64,000 nucleotides of DNA from positions 2,944,001 to 3,008,000 of the forward strand of contig OZ253462.1 in the NCBI GenBank assembly GCA_965261395.1, given 5' to 3'. The notes under the pieces are model-generated. The model did no database searches. It saw only the letters and a list, made by a program, of their open reading frames with translations, and had not been told where the DNA came from. Each line of letters starts with the position of its first letter. Within the stretch, counting starts at the first letter, position 1. Origin of the DNA: Candidatus Latescibacterota bacterium (lineage in GTDB: Bacteria; Latescibacterota; UBA2968; UBA8231). Below are positions 1 to 10,037 of the stretch, in pieces. The position numbers were made by a program, and so were the translations under genes.

Positions 1-772
1 CGCTGGCGATGCGGCAGTAATTTGGCTCTCCGTAGCTGTTGGTACGCTAGTCGCTGTCCTGCTTTGCGCGTACACTTGGTGGCAGGGCACACCGCCGACT
101 CTGTCGTGGCCAGGCGGCCTTTGCCTCGTGGCCACGGGCATTATTCACGGGCTGTACTTCACCCTGCTGGCCGAGGCTTACGAGCACGGCGAAATCTCCC
201 TCGTCTATCCGGTCGCACGTGGGTCGGGCGTGGGGCTAACGGCCCTAGCTGCGTGGCTGGCCTTGGGCGAAGACATTTCGCTGTTGGGTGCCAGCGGCAT
301 CGCCTTGGTCTTGGCGGGGATTTTCTGCTTGGGTGCCCCAGCCCTCAAGCACCAGACACGCGGCTTGCAGCTCGCCTTGGGCGTGGGGCTGACGATTACC
401 TGCTACTCGCTGGTGGATAAAATAGGCGTCGGCTATGTGCAACCGCTCCACTACATCACCGGCATGTGGCTGATCAGCACCCTCGTGTGCTCGCCTTGGG
501 TCGTGCGCCGGTACGGGGCAGGGTTGCTGACGACGGCCCGCGTCCGTTGGCAGACTATCGCCTTGATCGGCGTCGCCTCGTTGGGCACTTATTTCCTGAT
601 TCTCTACGCCTACACCCAAGGCCCAGTTGGCTACATCGTCGCTGTGCGCGAGTCCTCGGTGGTACTCGGGGCACTCCTTGGTTGGGTCTTTCTGCAAGAA
701 CGGCTCACTCTGCTCAAGGCGACCGGCATCCTCGCCATCGTCGGGGGTTTGGTGCTTATTAAGGCCAGTTGA
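1..772 (+). CDS. EamA/DMT family transporter (5'-partial, runs off window start)
   Basis: Multi-TM hydrophobic ORF with AYEHGEISLVYPVARG and RESSVVLGALLG motifs typical of EamA; frame open to the window edge. Confidence 0.85.
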   Translation, partial: AGDAAVIWLSVAVGTLVAVLLCAYTWWQGTPPTLSWPGGLCLVATGIIHGLYFTLLAEAYEHGEISLVYPVARGSGVGLTALAAWLALGEDISLLGASGIALVLAGIFCLGAPALKHQTRGLQLALGVGLTITCYSLVDKIGVGYVQPLHYITGMWLISTLVCSPWVVRRYGAGLLTTARVRWQTIALIGVASLGTYFLILYAYTQGPVGYIVAVRESSVVLGALLGWVFLQERLTLLKATGILAIVGGLVLIKAS

Positions 773-773
773 C

Positions 774-1346
774 ATGGAACCGCGCATTTTCCCCATCCAC
801 CCGCCATCCGCTGCCCTGTTCGGCAAAGTGCTGGCCGCATCTTTTGCTGTGATTACCGCCTTTTTCGCCGTGCTGACCCTCGCGCTCTACGCGGCCATTG
901 ACCCGGACGGCCCGGTCGCCCGCATCGCCGCGCCCGTGGCCTTGGGTTCGTCTTACACGCTGATGCTGTTCATATTTTTCTCGGTTTTCACTTGGTTTTA
1001 CTTGAGCGCCCGCCGCACGGATTTCGTCTTGATAGAGGGGCATCTGCTCATCCGCAACAGCGCCCACGGCAAGCACTTCACCTATGACGAGCTAAAGGTG
1101 GAGGAGGCCCGCGTCGTCGATTTGCCGGCCGCGCCCCAATACCGGCCTGGGACCAAAATTTTTGCCATCAGCGCGTTCTTTTTTTACGGCGGGGCGTTTT
1201 ATCTGCGGAGTGGGGAGAAGGGGCACGTGTTCTATACGGGTGCGCCGCGCGCTGTGTACATTCCAACGCACGGCTCCCATGCCCTCTTGCTCGGCCCAGC
1301 CGATCCAGCCGTCTTTTTGCACGCTTTGCAAGAAGCGGCGCAGTAG
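774..1346 (+). CDS. membrane protein with bacterial PH-like domain
   Basis: Two TM segments followed by GTKIFAI...GAFYLRSGEKG and LLLGPADP, as in bPH-domain proteins; ATG 2 nt after the upstream stop. Confidence 0.6.
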   Translation: MEPRIFPIHPPSAALFGKVLAASFAVITAFFAVLTLALYAAIDPDGPVARIAAPVALGSSYTLMLFIFFSVFTWFYLSARRTDFVLIEGHLLIRNSAHGKHFTYDELKVEEARVVDLPAAPQYRPGTKIFAISAFFFYGGAFYLRSGEKGHVFYTGAPRAVYIPTHGSHALLLGPADPAVFLHALQEAAQ

Positions 1347-1370
1347 GGGCGACCGGCCGGTCGCCCCTAC
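1343..1370. repeat. GTAG-type REP-like perfect palindrome
   Basis: GTAGGGGCGACCGGCCGGTCGCCCCTAC; further copies at 47565-47592 and 62580-62607. Confidence 0.85.
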
Positions 1371-1398
1371 CTTCTAACACCTTTTGGAGGAGATTTTC

Positions 1399-2415
1399 AT
1401 GGCCTATCACGTATATGTTTCAAACTCGGGCAGCAACTTTTTATCGCATTTCCTGATGGACGAAGACACCGGCGCGTTAGAGCCGCAGCCCAATGTCGAG
1501 TTGGAGGACTCCCCTGGGGCGGTGGCCACGCGCCCAGACGGGACTCAGATGTTCGTGGCCCTGCGCTCGGCCCAAAAACTGGCTAGCTATGCGGTTGATG
1601 GGGAGAAGGGGACGCTGGTCAAGCTGGCGGAGACGAGCCTAGAAGAAGGCCCGCCCTATCTGTTTTTGGACAACACCGGTGCCTTTTTGTTGTCGTCCTA
1701 TTATGGGTCAGGTCAGGTCGCCGTGCACGGCGTGGCTGCGGACGGCGCACTCTCGGCCGAGCCGCTGCAAACGATCCCCACCGCAGTACGCGCCCACAGC
1801 ATTCAAACCGACCGTGCGAACCGCTTTGCCTTTGTGCCGCACACCAACCCATCCAACGCGATATTTCAGTTTCGCTTTGACGAGCAAACCGGGCGGCTGA
1901 CGCCCAACGATCCGCCCAAGATACAACCAGCCACGCCCGAAGGCCCGCGCCACTTTGCCTTCCACCCGACCCGCGACCTGCTCTATTCAATCAACGAAAA
2001 CGGCAGCACGGCTTCGGCCCACCACTTCGACCCGGAGGCCGGGACGCTGTCGTCGTTTCAGGTTATCTCGACCTTGCCGGAGGGGTTTGACCGCGAGGAC
2101 AACACGACAGCGGAAATAAAGATCACGCCCGACGGCCAGTTTCTCTACGGGTCCAATCGCGGCCACGATTCCTTGGCCCTCTTTGCCATTGGCGACGATG
2201 GGCGGCTGACGGCCAAAGGACACTACCCGACTGAGGCCACGCCCCGCTTTTTCGAGCTGGATCCGAGTGGCCGCTTTGTCTGTTCGGCTGGTCAGGGATC
2301 GGGACGGATGACCTCGTACCGCATTGACGCCACTACTGGTGCGCTAACGCCCTTAGAGCAACATGACGTAGGCGACACCCCGCTGTGGATCACCTTCGTC
2401 AAACAGGGATCGTAG
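1399..2415 (+). CDS. lactonase family beta-propeller (6-phosphogluconolactonase-like)
   Basis: AHSIQTD, GPRHFAFHP, SNRGHDSLALF and TPRFF motifs; GGAG RBS upstream. Confidence 0.85.
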   Translation: MAYHVYVSNSGSNFLSHFLMDEDTGALEPQPNVELEDSPGAVATRPDGTQMFVALRSAQKLASYAVDGEKGTLVKLAETSLEEGPPYLFLDNTGAFLLSSYYGSGQVAVHGVAADGALSAEPLQTIPTAVRAHSIQTDRANRFAFVPHTNPSNAIFQFRFDEQTGRLTPNDPPKIQPATPEGPRHFAFHPTRDLLYSINENGSTASAHHFDPEAGTLSSFQVISTLPEGFDREDNTTAEIKITPDGQFLYGSNRGHDSLALFAIGDDGRLTAKGHYPTEATPRFFELDPSGRFVCSAGQGSGRMTSYRIDATTGALTPLEQHDVGDTPLWITFVKQGS

Positions 2416-2605
2416 GGGCGAGAGGAAGGCGACTGGGTAGAACAAGGCGATACACTAGTAGAGTTGTAAGATGGTCGCGGATTCCGAAAGATAGATTAGG
2501 GTACTGAGCCATCAATGCTTGCGAGTCGTCCAAGCAATGTTATCTTTACTAGTAAAGAATGTAAAGACCTTTGCTCTCCTTACCTCTACCCAAGCCAATC
2601 CACTT

Positions 2606-2827
2606 ATGGACCCGATCCGAATCAGCACGATCTCATCCAAAGGCCAAACCACGGTGCCCGTGGCCATTCGCCGTTCGCTGGATCTACATCCGGGGGACGC
2701 CATCGCCTATCGAGTAGAAGGCGATAAGGTCAGCATCCACAAAGCCGCAAAAATCGACTTAGAGTGGGTCAAGGCTCTCGAACAAACCCTGGCGGAGTGG
2801 CAGGACGAGGAAGACGATGATCTGTAG
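2606..2827 (+). CDS. AbrB/MazE-family antitoxin
   Basis: STISSKGQTTVPVAIRRSLDLHPGD swapped-hairpin motif; overlaps the toxin start. Confidence 0.85.
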   Translation: MDPIRISTISSKGQTTVPVAIRRSLDLHPGDAIAYRVEGDKVSIHKAAKIDLEWVKALEQTLAEWQDEEDDDL

Positions 2828-3152
2828 CCGCTTTGACATCGTTGATGTGCCTTTCCCGTTCAGCGATGTGCCCTACGCCAAACGCCGCAAGGCCCTGGTA
2901 CTGTCCGACGCTGTTTTTAACCAGAAAAACGCCTCCAGCCTGCTTATGATGCTCACCAGCGCCGCCCGCAGTGCTTGGCATCTCGATGTGTCGCTCGAGC
3001 AGTGGAACCAAGCCGGCTTGCGCAAACCCTGTCTCGCCCGGATGAAGCTGTTCACGTTGGACAACGGACTCATTCTCGGTACGGTGGGGCGCTTGACAGC
3101 GGAAGACCAGCGGAGGGTAACTCAGGCACTGCGAGCGGCACTGCCCTGCTGA
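2817..3152 (+). CDS. PemK/MazF-family toxin
   Basis: FDIVDVPFPFSD...KRRKALVLS...GLRKPC motif; operonic with the antitoxin. Confidence 0.85.
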   Translation: MICSRFDIVDVPFPFSDVPYAKRRKALVLSDAVFNQKNASSLLMMLTSAARSAWHLDVSLEQWNQAGLRKPCLARMKLFTLDNGLILGTVGRLTAEDQRRVTQALRAALPC

Positions 3153-3287
3153 CTTAGACCCCAGACCACCCAACCGCAGCGCCTTTTGCGGATTTGTTAA
3201 TCCTTTACGCCGGGTTTCAGCACCAATCCCATCTCGTGTCAGACGGCTGTCCGCACCGATGCTCACCCGGTGTCAGCCGGTCGCAGA

Positions 3288-3782
3288 TTATTGGTCCGCT
3301 AAAGGGCCGAGCAATTCGTCTAGTTTGGCCTTGAGCTTTTTCTCGTCGCCGGGCCGATATCCTTGGTGCTTGTACCACACCGTCCCGTCGGCTGCAATAA
3401 TCAGGGTCGCCGGGACGCCCGCTAGGTGGAACTGCTTGAGCACCTCGTTGGTCTTGTCGAGCAAGACCGGCAATTTGAGCTTGTGGCGCTGCATAAAGGG
3501 CCGCACCTTGGGCAGGTTTCTGGGGCCATCGACATTGATCGTCAGTACTTGGACGCCGCGCTTGGCGTATTCTTCGGATAGGGATTGGAGCTTGGGTAGG
3601 CTCTTGATACAGGGCTTGCACCAAGTCGCCCAGAAGTCGAAGACCACCGGCCCTTTTTTGAGCGTTTCCACCAGCGAAAAGGTTGAGCCGTCGAGATTTT
3701 CCAACACGAGTTGCGGTGCCTTTTCGGCGCGAGCCGCGCCGCCGAGTAGCAAGCAGGTTGCCAATGCGAAAATTGGTTTCAT
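3288..3782 (-). CDS. TlpA-like thiol:disulfide oxidoreductase
   Basis: Signal peptide; DFWATWCKPC thioredoxin motif; GVPAT. Confidence 0.9.
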   Translation of the reverse strand: MKPIFALATCLLLGGAARAEKAPQLVLENLDGSTFSLVETLKKGPVVFDFWATWCKPCIKSLPKLQSLSEEYAKRGVQVLTINVDGPRNLPKVRPFMQRHKLKLPVLLDKTNEVLKQFHLAGVPATLIIAADGTVWYKHQGYRPGDEKKLKAKLDELLGPLADQ

Positions 3783-3817
3783 TTTAAGGCTCCGTTCTCA
3801 GCTATAGGATCCAAGCC

Positions 3818-5341
3818 ATGCGTTCAGTTTTTGCATTTGTACTGCTGCTAGCAGCCCCCCTCCAAGCCGAGTTGCGTCTTTCGACCCTGACCGAAGCCCA
3901 AGTCGGCAATCTGCCCGGCGCACAGCCCAGCGATTTGCGGACGATCTACCATCAGTTCAGCCTCGACTATGCAGTCGCCGATCTCCAGTTCGGAGTTCGC
4001 GGCGAGACCTTCGGCGCTAGCGCCTCCAGCCGCAACTATGGCGAGCTTCTCCAGCGCTCCGCTGTCTATCGCCGGAGTGGCTTCGAGGCCACCGTCGGGA
4101 ATTTCTACACCATCGTCGGCAGCGGCCTGCTCCTCCACGCCTTTGAACTGCCCGGCGTCATCACCGAGGAGCGGGGTCGCCGTCGCCGCTACCAGATCGT
4201 GCGCGACCTCGATGGCGTTCAGGTGCGCTACCGCGCCAAGCGGGCCGAAGTGTTGCTGTTGCGCGGTGCGCCGATCAACAGTGCCCTGCCGCCCGGATTG
4301 GAGGGGATTGACCGTCGGCCGGACGCGCTCCACGCTGGCTCGCTCCAGCTCAAGCCGCACCCGCATTTCGACGTTGGTGTTAGCGCCATCCGCTACCCAG
4401 CCGGCAGGCGGCAAGAAACGAGCGCGGCCTTCAATGCCCGCTGGCGACTCGCGTCTGTGCTGGCTCGCCTCGGCCTCGCCGGAGTCTATGCCGATGTCCA
4501 AGGCGAGTACGCTCAGCGCGATGTGGCGCTCAAGCGCTTCTTTTCGCTCGACCGCAGTTTGGGCCGCGCCCTGTATCTGGCGGTCACCTTGGCATCTGGG
4601 CCGTGGGGATTGAGCTTGGAATACAAAGACTACGAGGATTTTGCCCTCGAACACATCAACAATCCGCCGCCCCTGATCCGCGAACACTCGGCCTATCTCC
4701 TCAACCGCATCACGCACGATGTGCTCGCCGACGACGAGCAGGGCTACCAAGCCGAACTGAGTTACGCCCTACCTAGCGGCCAAACCCTCACCACCAATGC
4801 GACTCGCGCCACGCGCCGCGGCGACCCAGGCGCAGCCGACGACAATATCCTGCGCGAATTCTTTGTGGAGGTGGAGTCGCCCTTGGGGCAACGCGCCGAT
4901 GTGCAGCTTTTTGCCGACTTTAGCCACAATCAGATTCTCCTCGACGACAAGAGCCGCCTCTTGGGCACGCACTGGGAGTGGTTTCCAGACGGGTCCTACA
5001 CCTTCGAGTTCGACGCCCAGTTCCAAGACGTCGATCGGCGGTTCGGCGACCTCGCGCTTCCTTACACCAATCACTACTATGCGCTAGCAGTCCACCGCGC
5101 CCCCAGTCTCTCCGCCGCCGTGCAGATTCAGCGCACCTCCGACGAATTGGAAACCGGGGCCGATCCCTCTGGCATCACTTGGTGGCGGGGCCTCAACATC
5201 GGTGCCGACATTGGCGAGGGCCACATCATCAATGTTTTCGCCGGCCAGCGCCGCTCGGGGCTAGCCTGCACGGCGGGTATCTGCTATGAGGTGCTAGGGT
5301 TCAAGGGCGTCGAAGTCCGGCTGCTCAACCGCTTCTTCTGA
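3818..5341 (+). CDS. putative outer-membrane beta-barrel (DUF6029-like)
   Basis: Signal peptide; VGNFYTIVGSGLLL motif; C-terminal GLACTAGIC and terminal Phe; adjacent to redoxin genes. Confidence 0.6.
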   Translation: MRSVFAFVLLLAAPLQAELRLSTLTEAQVGNLPGAQPSDLRTIYHQFSLDYAVADLQFGVRGETFGASASSRNYGELLQRSAVYRRSGFEATVGNFYTIVGSGLLLHAFELPGVITEERGRRRRYQIVRDLDGVQVRYRAKRAEVLLLRGAPINSALPPGLEGIDRRPDALHAGSLQLKPHPHFDVGVSAIRYPAGRRQETSAAFNARWRLASVLARLGLAGVYADVQGEYAQRDVALKRFFSLDRSLGRALYLAVTLASGPWGLSLEYKDYEDFALEHINNPPPLIREHSAYLLNRITHDVLADDEQGYQAELSYALPSGQTLTTNATRATRRGDPGAADDNILREFFVEVESPLGQRADVQLFADFSHNQILLDDKSRLLGTHWEWFPDGSYTFEFDAQFQDVDRRFGDLALPYTNHYYALAVHRAPSLSAAVQIQRTSDELETGADPSGITWWRGLNIGADIGEGHIINVFAGQRRSGLACTAGICYEVLGFKGVEVRLLNRFF

Positions 5342-5343
5342 TC

Positions 5344-6186
5344 TCACTGGAGCAGCAGCAGTTTGCGGACCTCTGTGTACTCGCCGGCTCGCAACTGGTA
5401 GAGGTACACTCCGCTGGTCACTGCTCGCCCTGTTTGGTCGCGGCCGTCCCAGCGCACGGAGAACGTCCCGGCCGCGCGAGGCCCCTGTACGAGCACGGCC
5501 ACCGGCTGGCCGAGCAAATTGTAGATCGTCAGCTCGACTTGGCTCGGCTGCGGCAGCGCGAAGCGGATCACCGTATTGCTGTTGAACGGATTGGGCGCGT
5601 TTTGCGCTAGCGAAAAGGCTTGGGGGACGGATGCCTGATTAGACGTCTCCACCGCCGTTTCCACCGTTTCCACCACTTCCTCCTCGATGGGAGGCAGATC
5701 GGCCAGCGCCAGCACCACCTCTTCGCGGAGTTCGTCCATGGGGATCAGGAAATTGGTTTTGAAGCGGATGAAACCCTCGTGGTCGATGATGGCAAAGGTC
5801 TGATAGGCTTGCCCATAGGCGTTTGCCATCTGGCTGGCGTTGAGCAGGAAGGGCATGGTCGCGCCCTTGCCTAAGCGCCAGCGGGTGTGGACCTGTTCAG
5901 CGGTGCCGTCCCACACATCCGCTCCCAAGGCGACAAAGCGCTCGTCGGCAAATTCCTGCCAAAGTTCTTCGAAGCTCTCGGCACGCGAGAGACAAACCCC
6001 TCAGCTATAGCCAAGAAAGAAAATCAGCACGACTTGACCCTCGAAGTCGCTCAAGGTCGCCTGGCCGCCGTCGAGCCGATCTAAGCGGAAATCTGGGGCC
6101 GAATCTCCTATTCGCGACGCTTGGGCATTTATAGCTGAAGCCCCCAACACCGCTAAAGTTGCCAAATGCAATAAAGGTTTGTTCAT
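5344..6186 (-). CDS. secreted AhpC/TSA redoxin with in-frame UGA (probable selenocysteine, UxxC) fused to a FlgD-Ig/Secretion C-terminal domain
   Basis: ORFs 6001-6186 and 5344-6000 are in one frame separated only by TGA (6001-6003): FFLGYS-U-GVC; hairpin CTCTCG-CGTGC-CGAGAG just downstream; C-terminal QNAPNPFNS...SGVYLYQL. Confidence 0.8.
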
Positions 6187-6197
6187 CACTAACCTCC

Positions 6198-7058
6198 TTA
6201 GTTTTGCCGCACGAATTTCTGAATGCGATGATCGGTTTGCACTTCCCCAACGTAGAGGTCGCCTCTTGAGTCCATCCAAATGCCGTGGGGGCAGCCGAGG
6301 AATTCCCCTGGTTGGTCAATGCGCTCGCCCGATCCCCACTGGGCGAGCCATTCGCCGTCGAGGTTGAGAATGCTCACTCGCTGGTCGAGTTCCGCAACAT
6401 AGACCGTATCTCCGTCGAGGAAAATGGTATCGGGATGGTGGAAGCCGCCCCACTCCTCTAGGTAGTTGCCGTCGAGGTCGAAGAACTGGATGCGGTTGTT
6501 GGCGCGGTCGGCCACCATCAGCCGTCCGCGCTGGTCCACGCGCACGCAGTGGGGCAGATCGAACTCCCCCGGGCCGGTGCCCGGACGGCCCCACGTCTTG
6601 ATGAATTCGCCGTCGGGTGAATACTTGTGGATACAGGCGTTGCCGTAGCCGTCAGACACGTAGATACAGCCATCGGCGTCGAGCGCCAAGTCGGTAGGTA
6701 GCCGGAAGGGCTGGCCCTCCGCGCCCTCTTGGTCTGGCGTTCCCAAGGTCATCAGCAGTTCGCCGTCGCGGGTGAACTGGCGCACGCAGTGGGTTTCGCG
6801 CTCGACGCACCAGATTTGGTCGCGGTCGTCGATAAAGATGCCGTGAGCGTCCTTCAGCACCTCTTCGCCCCACGAGGCGATGAAGCGCCCCTCGCGGTCG
6901 AAGACGACCATGGGATGCTCGCTGCGGCTGTACACATAGACCCGATCTGCGGAGTCGCAGGCCACGGCCGGAATCCAGCCAAAGTTCCAGCCCTCTGGCA
7001 ACTCAAACCAGTCTTGCTGTACTGCATAGGTGAATGCTCCGCTACCTACTAATGTCAT
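6198..7058 (-). CDS. NHL-repeat beta-propeller (peptidyl-alpha-hydroxyglycine lyase-like)
   Basis: VSDGYGN, GEFDLPH and VADRANNRIQFF NHL motifs. Confidence 0.85.
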   Translation of the reverse strand: MTLVGSGAFTYAVQQDWFELPEGWNFGWIPAVACDSADRVYVYSRSEHPMVVFDREGRFIASWGEEVLKDAHGIFIDDRDQIWCVERETHCVRQFTRDGELLMTLGTPDQEGAEGQPFRLPTDLALDADGCIYVSDGYGNACIHKYSPDGEFIKTWGRPGTGPGEFDLPHCVRVDQRGRLMVADRANNRIQFFDLDGNYLEEWGGFHHPDTIFLDGDTVYVAELDQRVSILNLDGEWLAQWGSGERIDQPGEFLGCPHGIWMDSRGDLYVGEVQTDHRIQKFVRQN

Positions 7059-7104
7059 GGGACTCTCCTCGTTACAATGGTCTGTGTGCTTCTGTTTAGA
7101 TAAC

Positions 7105-8028
7105 TCAAACCGCCCGCAACCTCTCCATTTCGTCGGCGGACAAAAGCCGCGCTCCGGCTGCGGCGTTGGCGCGGGCTTGGGCCGCCGACTTGGCACCGGG
7201 GATGGCCACGGGTGCGGCCGGTTGGGAAATGATGTACTGGAGGGCTTTTTCCACCATGGCCTCTCCGGGCGCGACGACCTCGGCGAGGCGCTCGACTTGC
7301 GCTAGCTTGGCCTCGAATGCGGCTCGTTGCGCTGCGCCCGCGTTGAAGGATTGTCGTATTTCGTCGGTAAAAACCGACTCCTTGGTGTAGCGCCCAGACA
7401 AAAGCCCCTTGGCCAGCGGCCCTCGCACCAGTACGGCAATGCCGTGCTCTTGGCAATAGGGCAAAAGCTCGGCTTCGGACTGGAGGTTGACCAGCGAATA
7501 GTCTATCTCCACCACTGAGCAGTCACCCCGGGCGTTGAAGCGCTGGAGCACTTCTAGGCTGTCAGTCGAAATGCCAAAGGCCCGCAGCCGCCCCTCCTCA
7601 ACGAGCGCGGCAAAGGCGTCCAAGTAGATCGATGGATCGGCGATGTTGCCTTCGTGGCACAGCAGTACGTCGTGCCAGTCCGTGCGCAGCCGGTGCAGGG
7701 ACGCGTGGGCGCACAGGCGGATCATATCGACCGTGGTTTTGGGCACGCCCTGCCCGGTGCGCGCCCCCCAATTGCCGATTTTGCTGACCACAAAAACTTG
7801 GTGCCGGATGCCGGCCAAGGCGCGCCCCAACCGCTCCTCCGACAGCCCGTTGGGCGTGCCGTAGGACTCAGCCGCGTCAAAGAGGTTGACGCCGCAATCA
7901 AAGGCTGTGTTCACGGTGTCCCAAGCTGTGGCTTCGTCTATGGCTCCCCATTGGTTGCCAATGTTCCAGGTTCCCAAACCGATGGCCGAGACCTGCCAGC
8001 CGGTCCGGCCAAATGCTCTGTACAACAT
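7105..8028 (-). CDS. aldo/keto reductase
   Basis: GRTGWQVSAIGLGTW, FDAAESYG, PLAKGLLSG, IPGAKS. Confidence 0.9.
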   Translation of the reverse strand: MLYRAFGRTGWQVSAIGLGTWNIGNQWGAIDEATAWDTVNTAFDCGVNLFDAAESYGTPNGLSEERLGRALAGIRHQVFVVSKIGNWGARTGQGVPKTTVDMIRLCAHASLHRLRTDWHDVLLCHEGNIADPSIYLDAFAALVEEGRLRAFGISTDSLEVLQRFNARGDCSVVEIDYSLVNLQSEAELLPYCQEHGIAVLVRGPLAKGLLSGRYTKESVFTDEIRQSFNAGAAQRAAFEAKLAQVERLAEVVAPGEAMVEKALQYIISQPAAPVAIPGAKSAAQARANAAAGARLLSADEMERLRAV

Positions 8029-8140
8029 GTGTTGTCTCCTTTCTGCGTTTCAAGGTAAGCGACTGCCTGCGTTGGTCAAGCGGTGCGCGTTGCTGGGGAT
8101 AGCCGAGGTTCCTACCTTAAATACATTAATGGAGGCTGCT

Positions 8141-8341
8141 ATGGAATATTTTGGCAAAGGGCTGTACCTAGTTTTCTTCGCGCTAATTTTCTGGTTCGTC
8201 CACCGGGCTCACGGTCGCGGCCTCGGCCGCCTTGTCGAGGACAACCACCGGGCACACGAGCGGGTCCACCACACCCTAAAAGAGCACCCGGAAGGCGGCA
8301 CGTGGCCCCAATACAAGCAATGGATGGAGGAGGCAGCATGA
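8141..8341 (+). CDS. small single-TM hypothetical protein
   Basis: GGAGG RBS, one TM helix, stop overlaps the msrA start (ATGA). Confidence 0.6.
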   Translation: MEYFGKGLYLVFFALIFWFVHRAHGRGLGRLVEDNHRAHERVHHTLKEHPEGGTWPQYKQWMEEAA

Positions 8342-8880
8342 CTTTGGAAACTACTACTTTGGGCGCGGGTTGCTTCTGGTGCGTCGAAGCCGTGTATCAA
8401 GACCTGCGGGGGGTCGCCAGCGCGGTCTCCGGCTATATGGGCGGTCCGTCGGAAAAACCCACGTACCAGGCCGTTTGCAGCGGCCAGACCGGCCACGCCG
8501 AGGTCTTACAACTGCAATTCGACCCCGAGGCCATTAGCTTTGATGACGTGCTCTATATCTTCTGGCGCACGCACGACCCCACCACGCTCAACCGCCAGGG
8601 CGCGGACTCCGGCACCCAGTACCGCTCGGTGATTTTCTACCACAGCCCCAAGCAGCAAGCGGCGGCTATCGCCTCTAGGGCCGCCACGGACGCGAGCGAT
8701 CTTTGGGCCGATCCGATTGTGACCGAGATCGCGCCCGCCAGCGCCTTTTGGCCGGCCGAGTCGTACCACCAAAACTACTACCGGCTCAATTCCAACCAGC
8801 CCTACTGCGCGATAGTTATCGATCCCAAGATGCGCAAGTTCCGCCGGGAGTTTGCCGACCGCCTCCAGCCGACTGCCTAG
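8338..8880 (+). CDS. msrA: peptide-methionine (S)-S-oxide reductase
   Basis: GAGCFWC, HDPTTLNRQG, AESYHQNYY motifs. Confidence 0.95.
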   Translation: MTLETTTLGAGCFWCVEAVYQDLRGVASAVSGYMGGPSEKPTYQAVCSGQTGHAEVLQLQFDPEAISFDDVLYIFWRTHDPTTLNRQGADSGTQYRSVIFYHSPKQQAAAIASRAATDASDLWADPIVTEIAPASAFWPAESYHQNYYRLNSNQPYCAIVIDPKMRKFRREFADRLQPTA

Positions 8881-8885
8881 GCGTC

Positions 8886-10037
8886 GTGTCCACTGCCATC
8901 AGCCGGCTGCACGCCGCAGACTTTGAAGAGGCCCTCGACGTCCTCAACCTCGCCTTTGGCAAAGCGCCGCCCCGGGATTTTGAGGCCATTTTGCCGGCTC
9001 TGTACCGGTGTGGGGAAGAGGAGATGAACTGGAACTTTGCCTTGCGCGAAAGCGGTCGCATCCGCGCCGTCGTCGGGCTGTTCCCCCTCGCTTACCGATG
9101 GGGAGGTGCGACTCTGCGCGTGGCTGGTATCGGCGGCGTTTCCTGCCATCCGCACGCCCGCGGCCGGGGCTACATGCAGCAGCTCATGGCCCATTGCGTC
9201 CAAGCCGCGCCCGCAGAGGGTTTTCACCTGTCTTGGCTGGGCGGACAGCGCCAGCGCTACGGCTATTTCGGCTACGAGAAGTGCGGCGTTTACTACCGGC
9301 TGACGCTGAGCCAAACCAATGTGCGCCACGTCTTGGGGGCCGCCGATTTTGGGATCGACTTTCACCCGCTCGCGCGCGAGGACCGCACGCACCTGCAAGG
9401 CGCGATTGGCCTGCACGACGCCCAGCCGTTTCGCGGGGTGCGCGATCCTCACCGCTTCTACGACCTGCTCTTGAGCTGGGGGCACCGACCCTATGTGGCC
9501 CGCTCGCGCGATGGCCGCATGATCGGCTACCTCGTGGCCCAAGCTGACCGGACGTGCGTCACCGAACTGTTAGCTGTCAATGAGGGCGAGCCTGAGTTGG
9601 ATATAGCCGCTGCTTGGGTGCAGCGCCACGGGAATACCTGCTTCGAGCTGCCGCCTTGGAGCCGCCTCCTGCCCAAGCTGGCTCAGCTCTGCGAAGGCGC
9701 GAGCGCGTCGAGTTCGGGCAACTGGCAGATTTTCGATTGGGCGACGACGCTCGACGCCTTGCTCAAGACGCGCGCCGCGCTAGTGCCGCTAATGGACGGC
9801 GCGGTCGTCGTGGAGATTGCGGGATACGGCCGGGTGGTGCTGGAGGTGCGAGGCAACGCCGCGCAGTGCGTCCGCACCGAGGCCGCGCCCGCGCTACAGA
9901 TGGATGCCTTCGCGGCCATGCGCCTGCTCTGCGGCCCCCTGCCGCCCTCGCTCGTGTTGCCCCTGCCTGCTGCGGCCGCCCCCCTCGAACAGTGGTGCCC
10001 CCTGCCGCTTTTTTTAGGCCGCCAAGACGCGGTCTAA
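8886..10037 (+). CDS. GNAT acetyltransferase (Eis-like)
   Basis: GIGGVSCHPHARGRGYM acetyl-CoA motif; RYGYFGYE. Confidence 0.8.
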   Translation: MSTAISRLHAADFEEALDVLNLAFGKAPPRDFEAILPALYRCGEEEMNWNFALRESGRIRAVVGLFPLAYRWGGATLRVAGIGGVSCHPHARGRGYMQQLMAHCVQAAPAEGFHLSWLGGQRQRYGYFGYEKCGVYYRLTLSQTNVRHVLGAADFGIDFHPLAREDRTHLQGAIGLHDAQPFRGVRDPHRFYDLLLSWGHRPYVARSRDGRMIGYLVAQADRTCVTELLAVNEGEPELDIAAAWVQRHGNTCFELPPWSRLLPKLAQLCEGASASSSGNWQIFDWATTLDALLKTRAALVPLMDGAVVVEIAGYGRVVLEVRGNAAQCVRTEAAPALQMDAFAAMRLLCGPLPPSLVLPLPAAAAPLEQWCPLPLFLGRQDAV

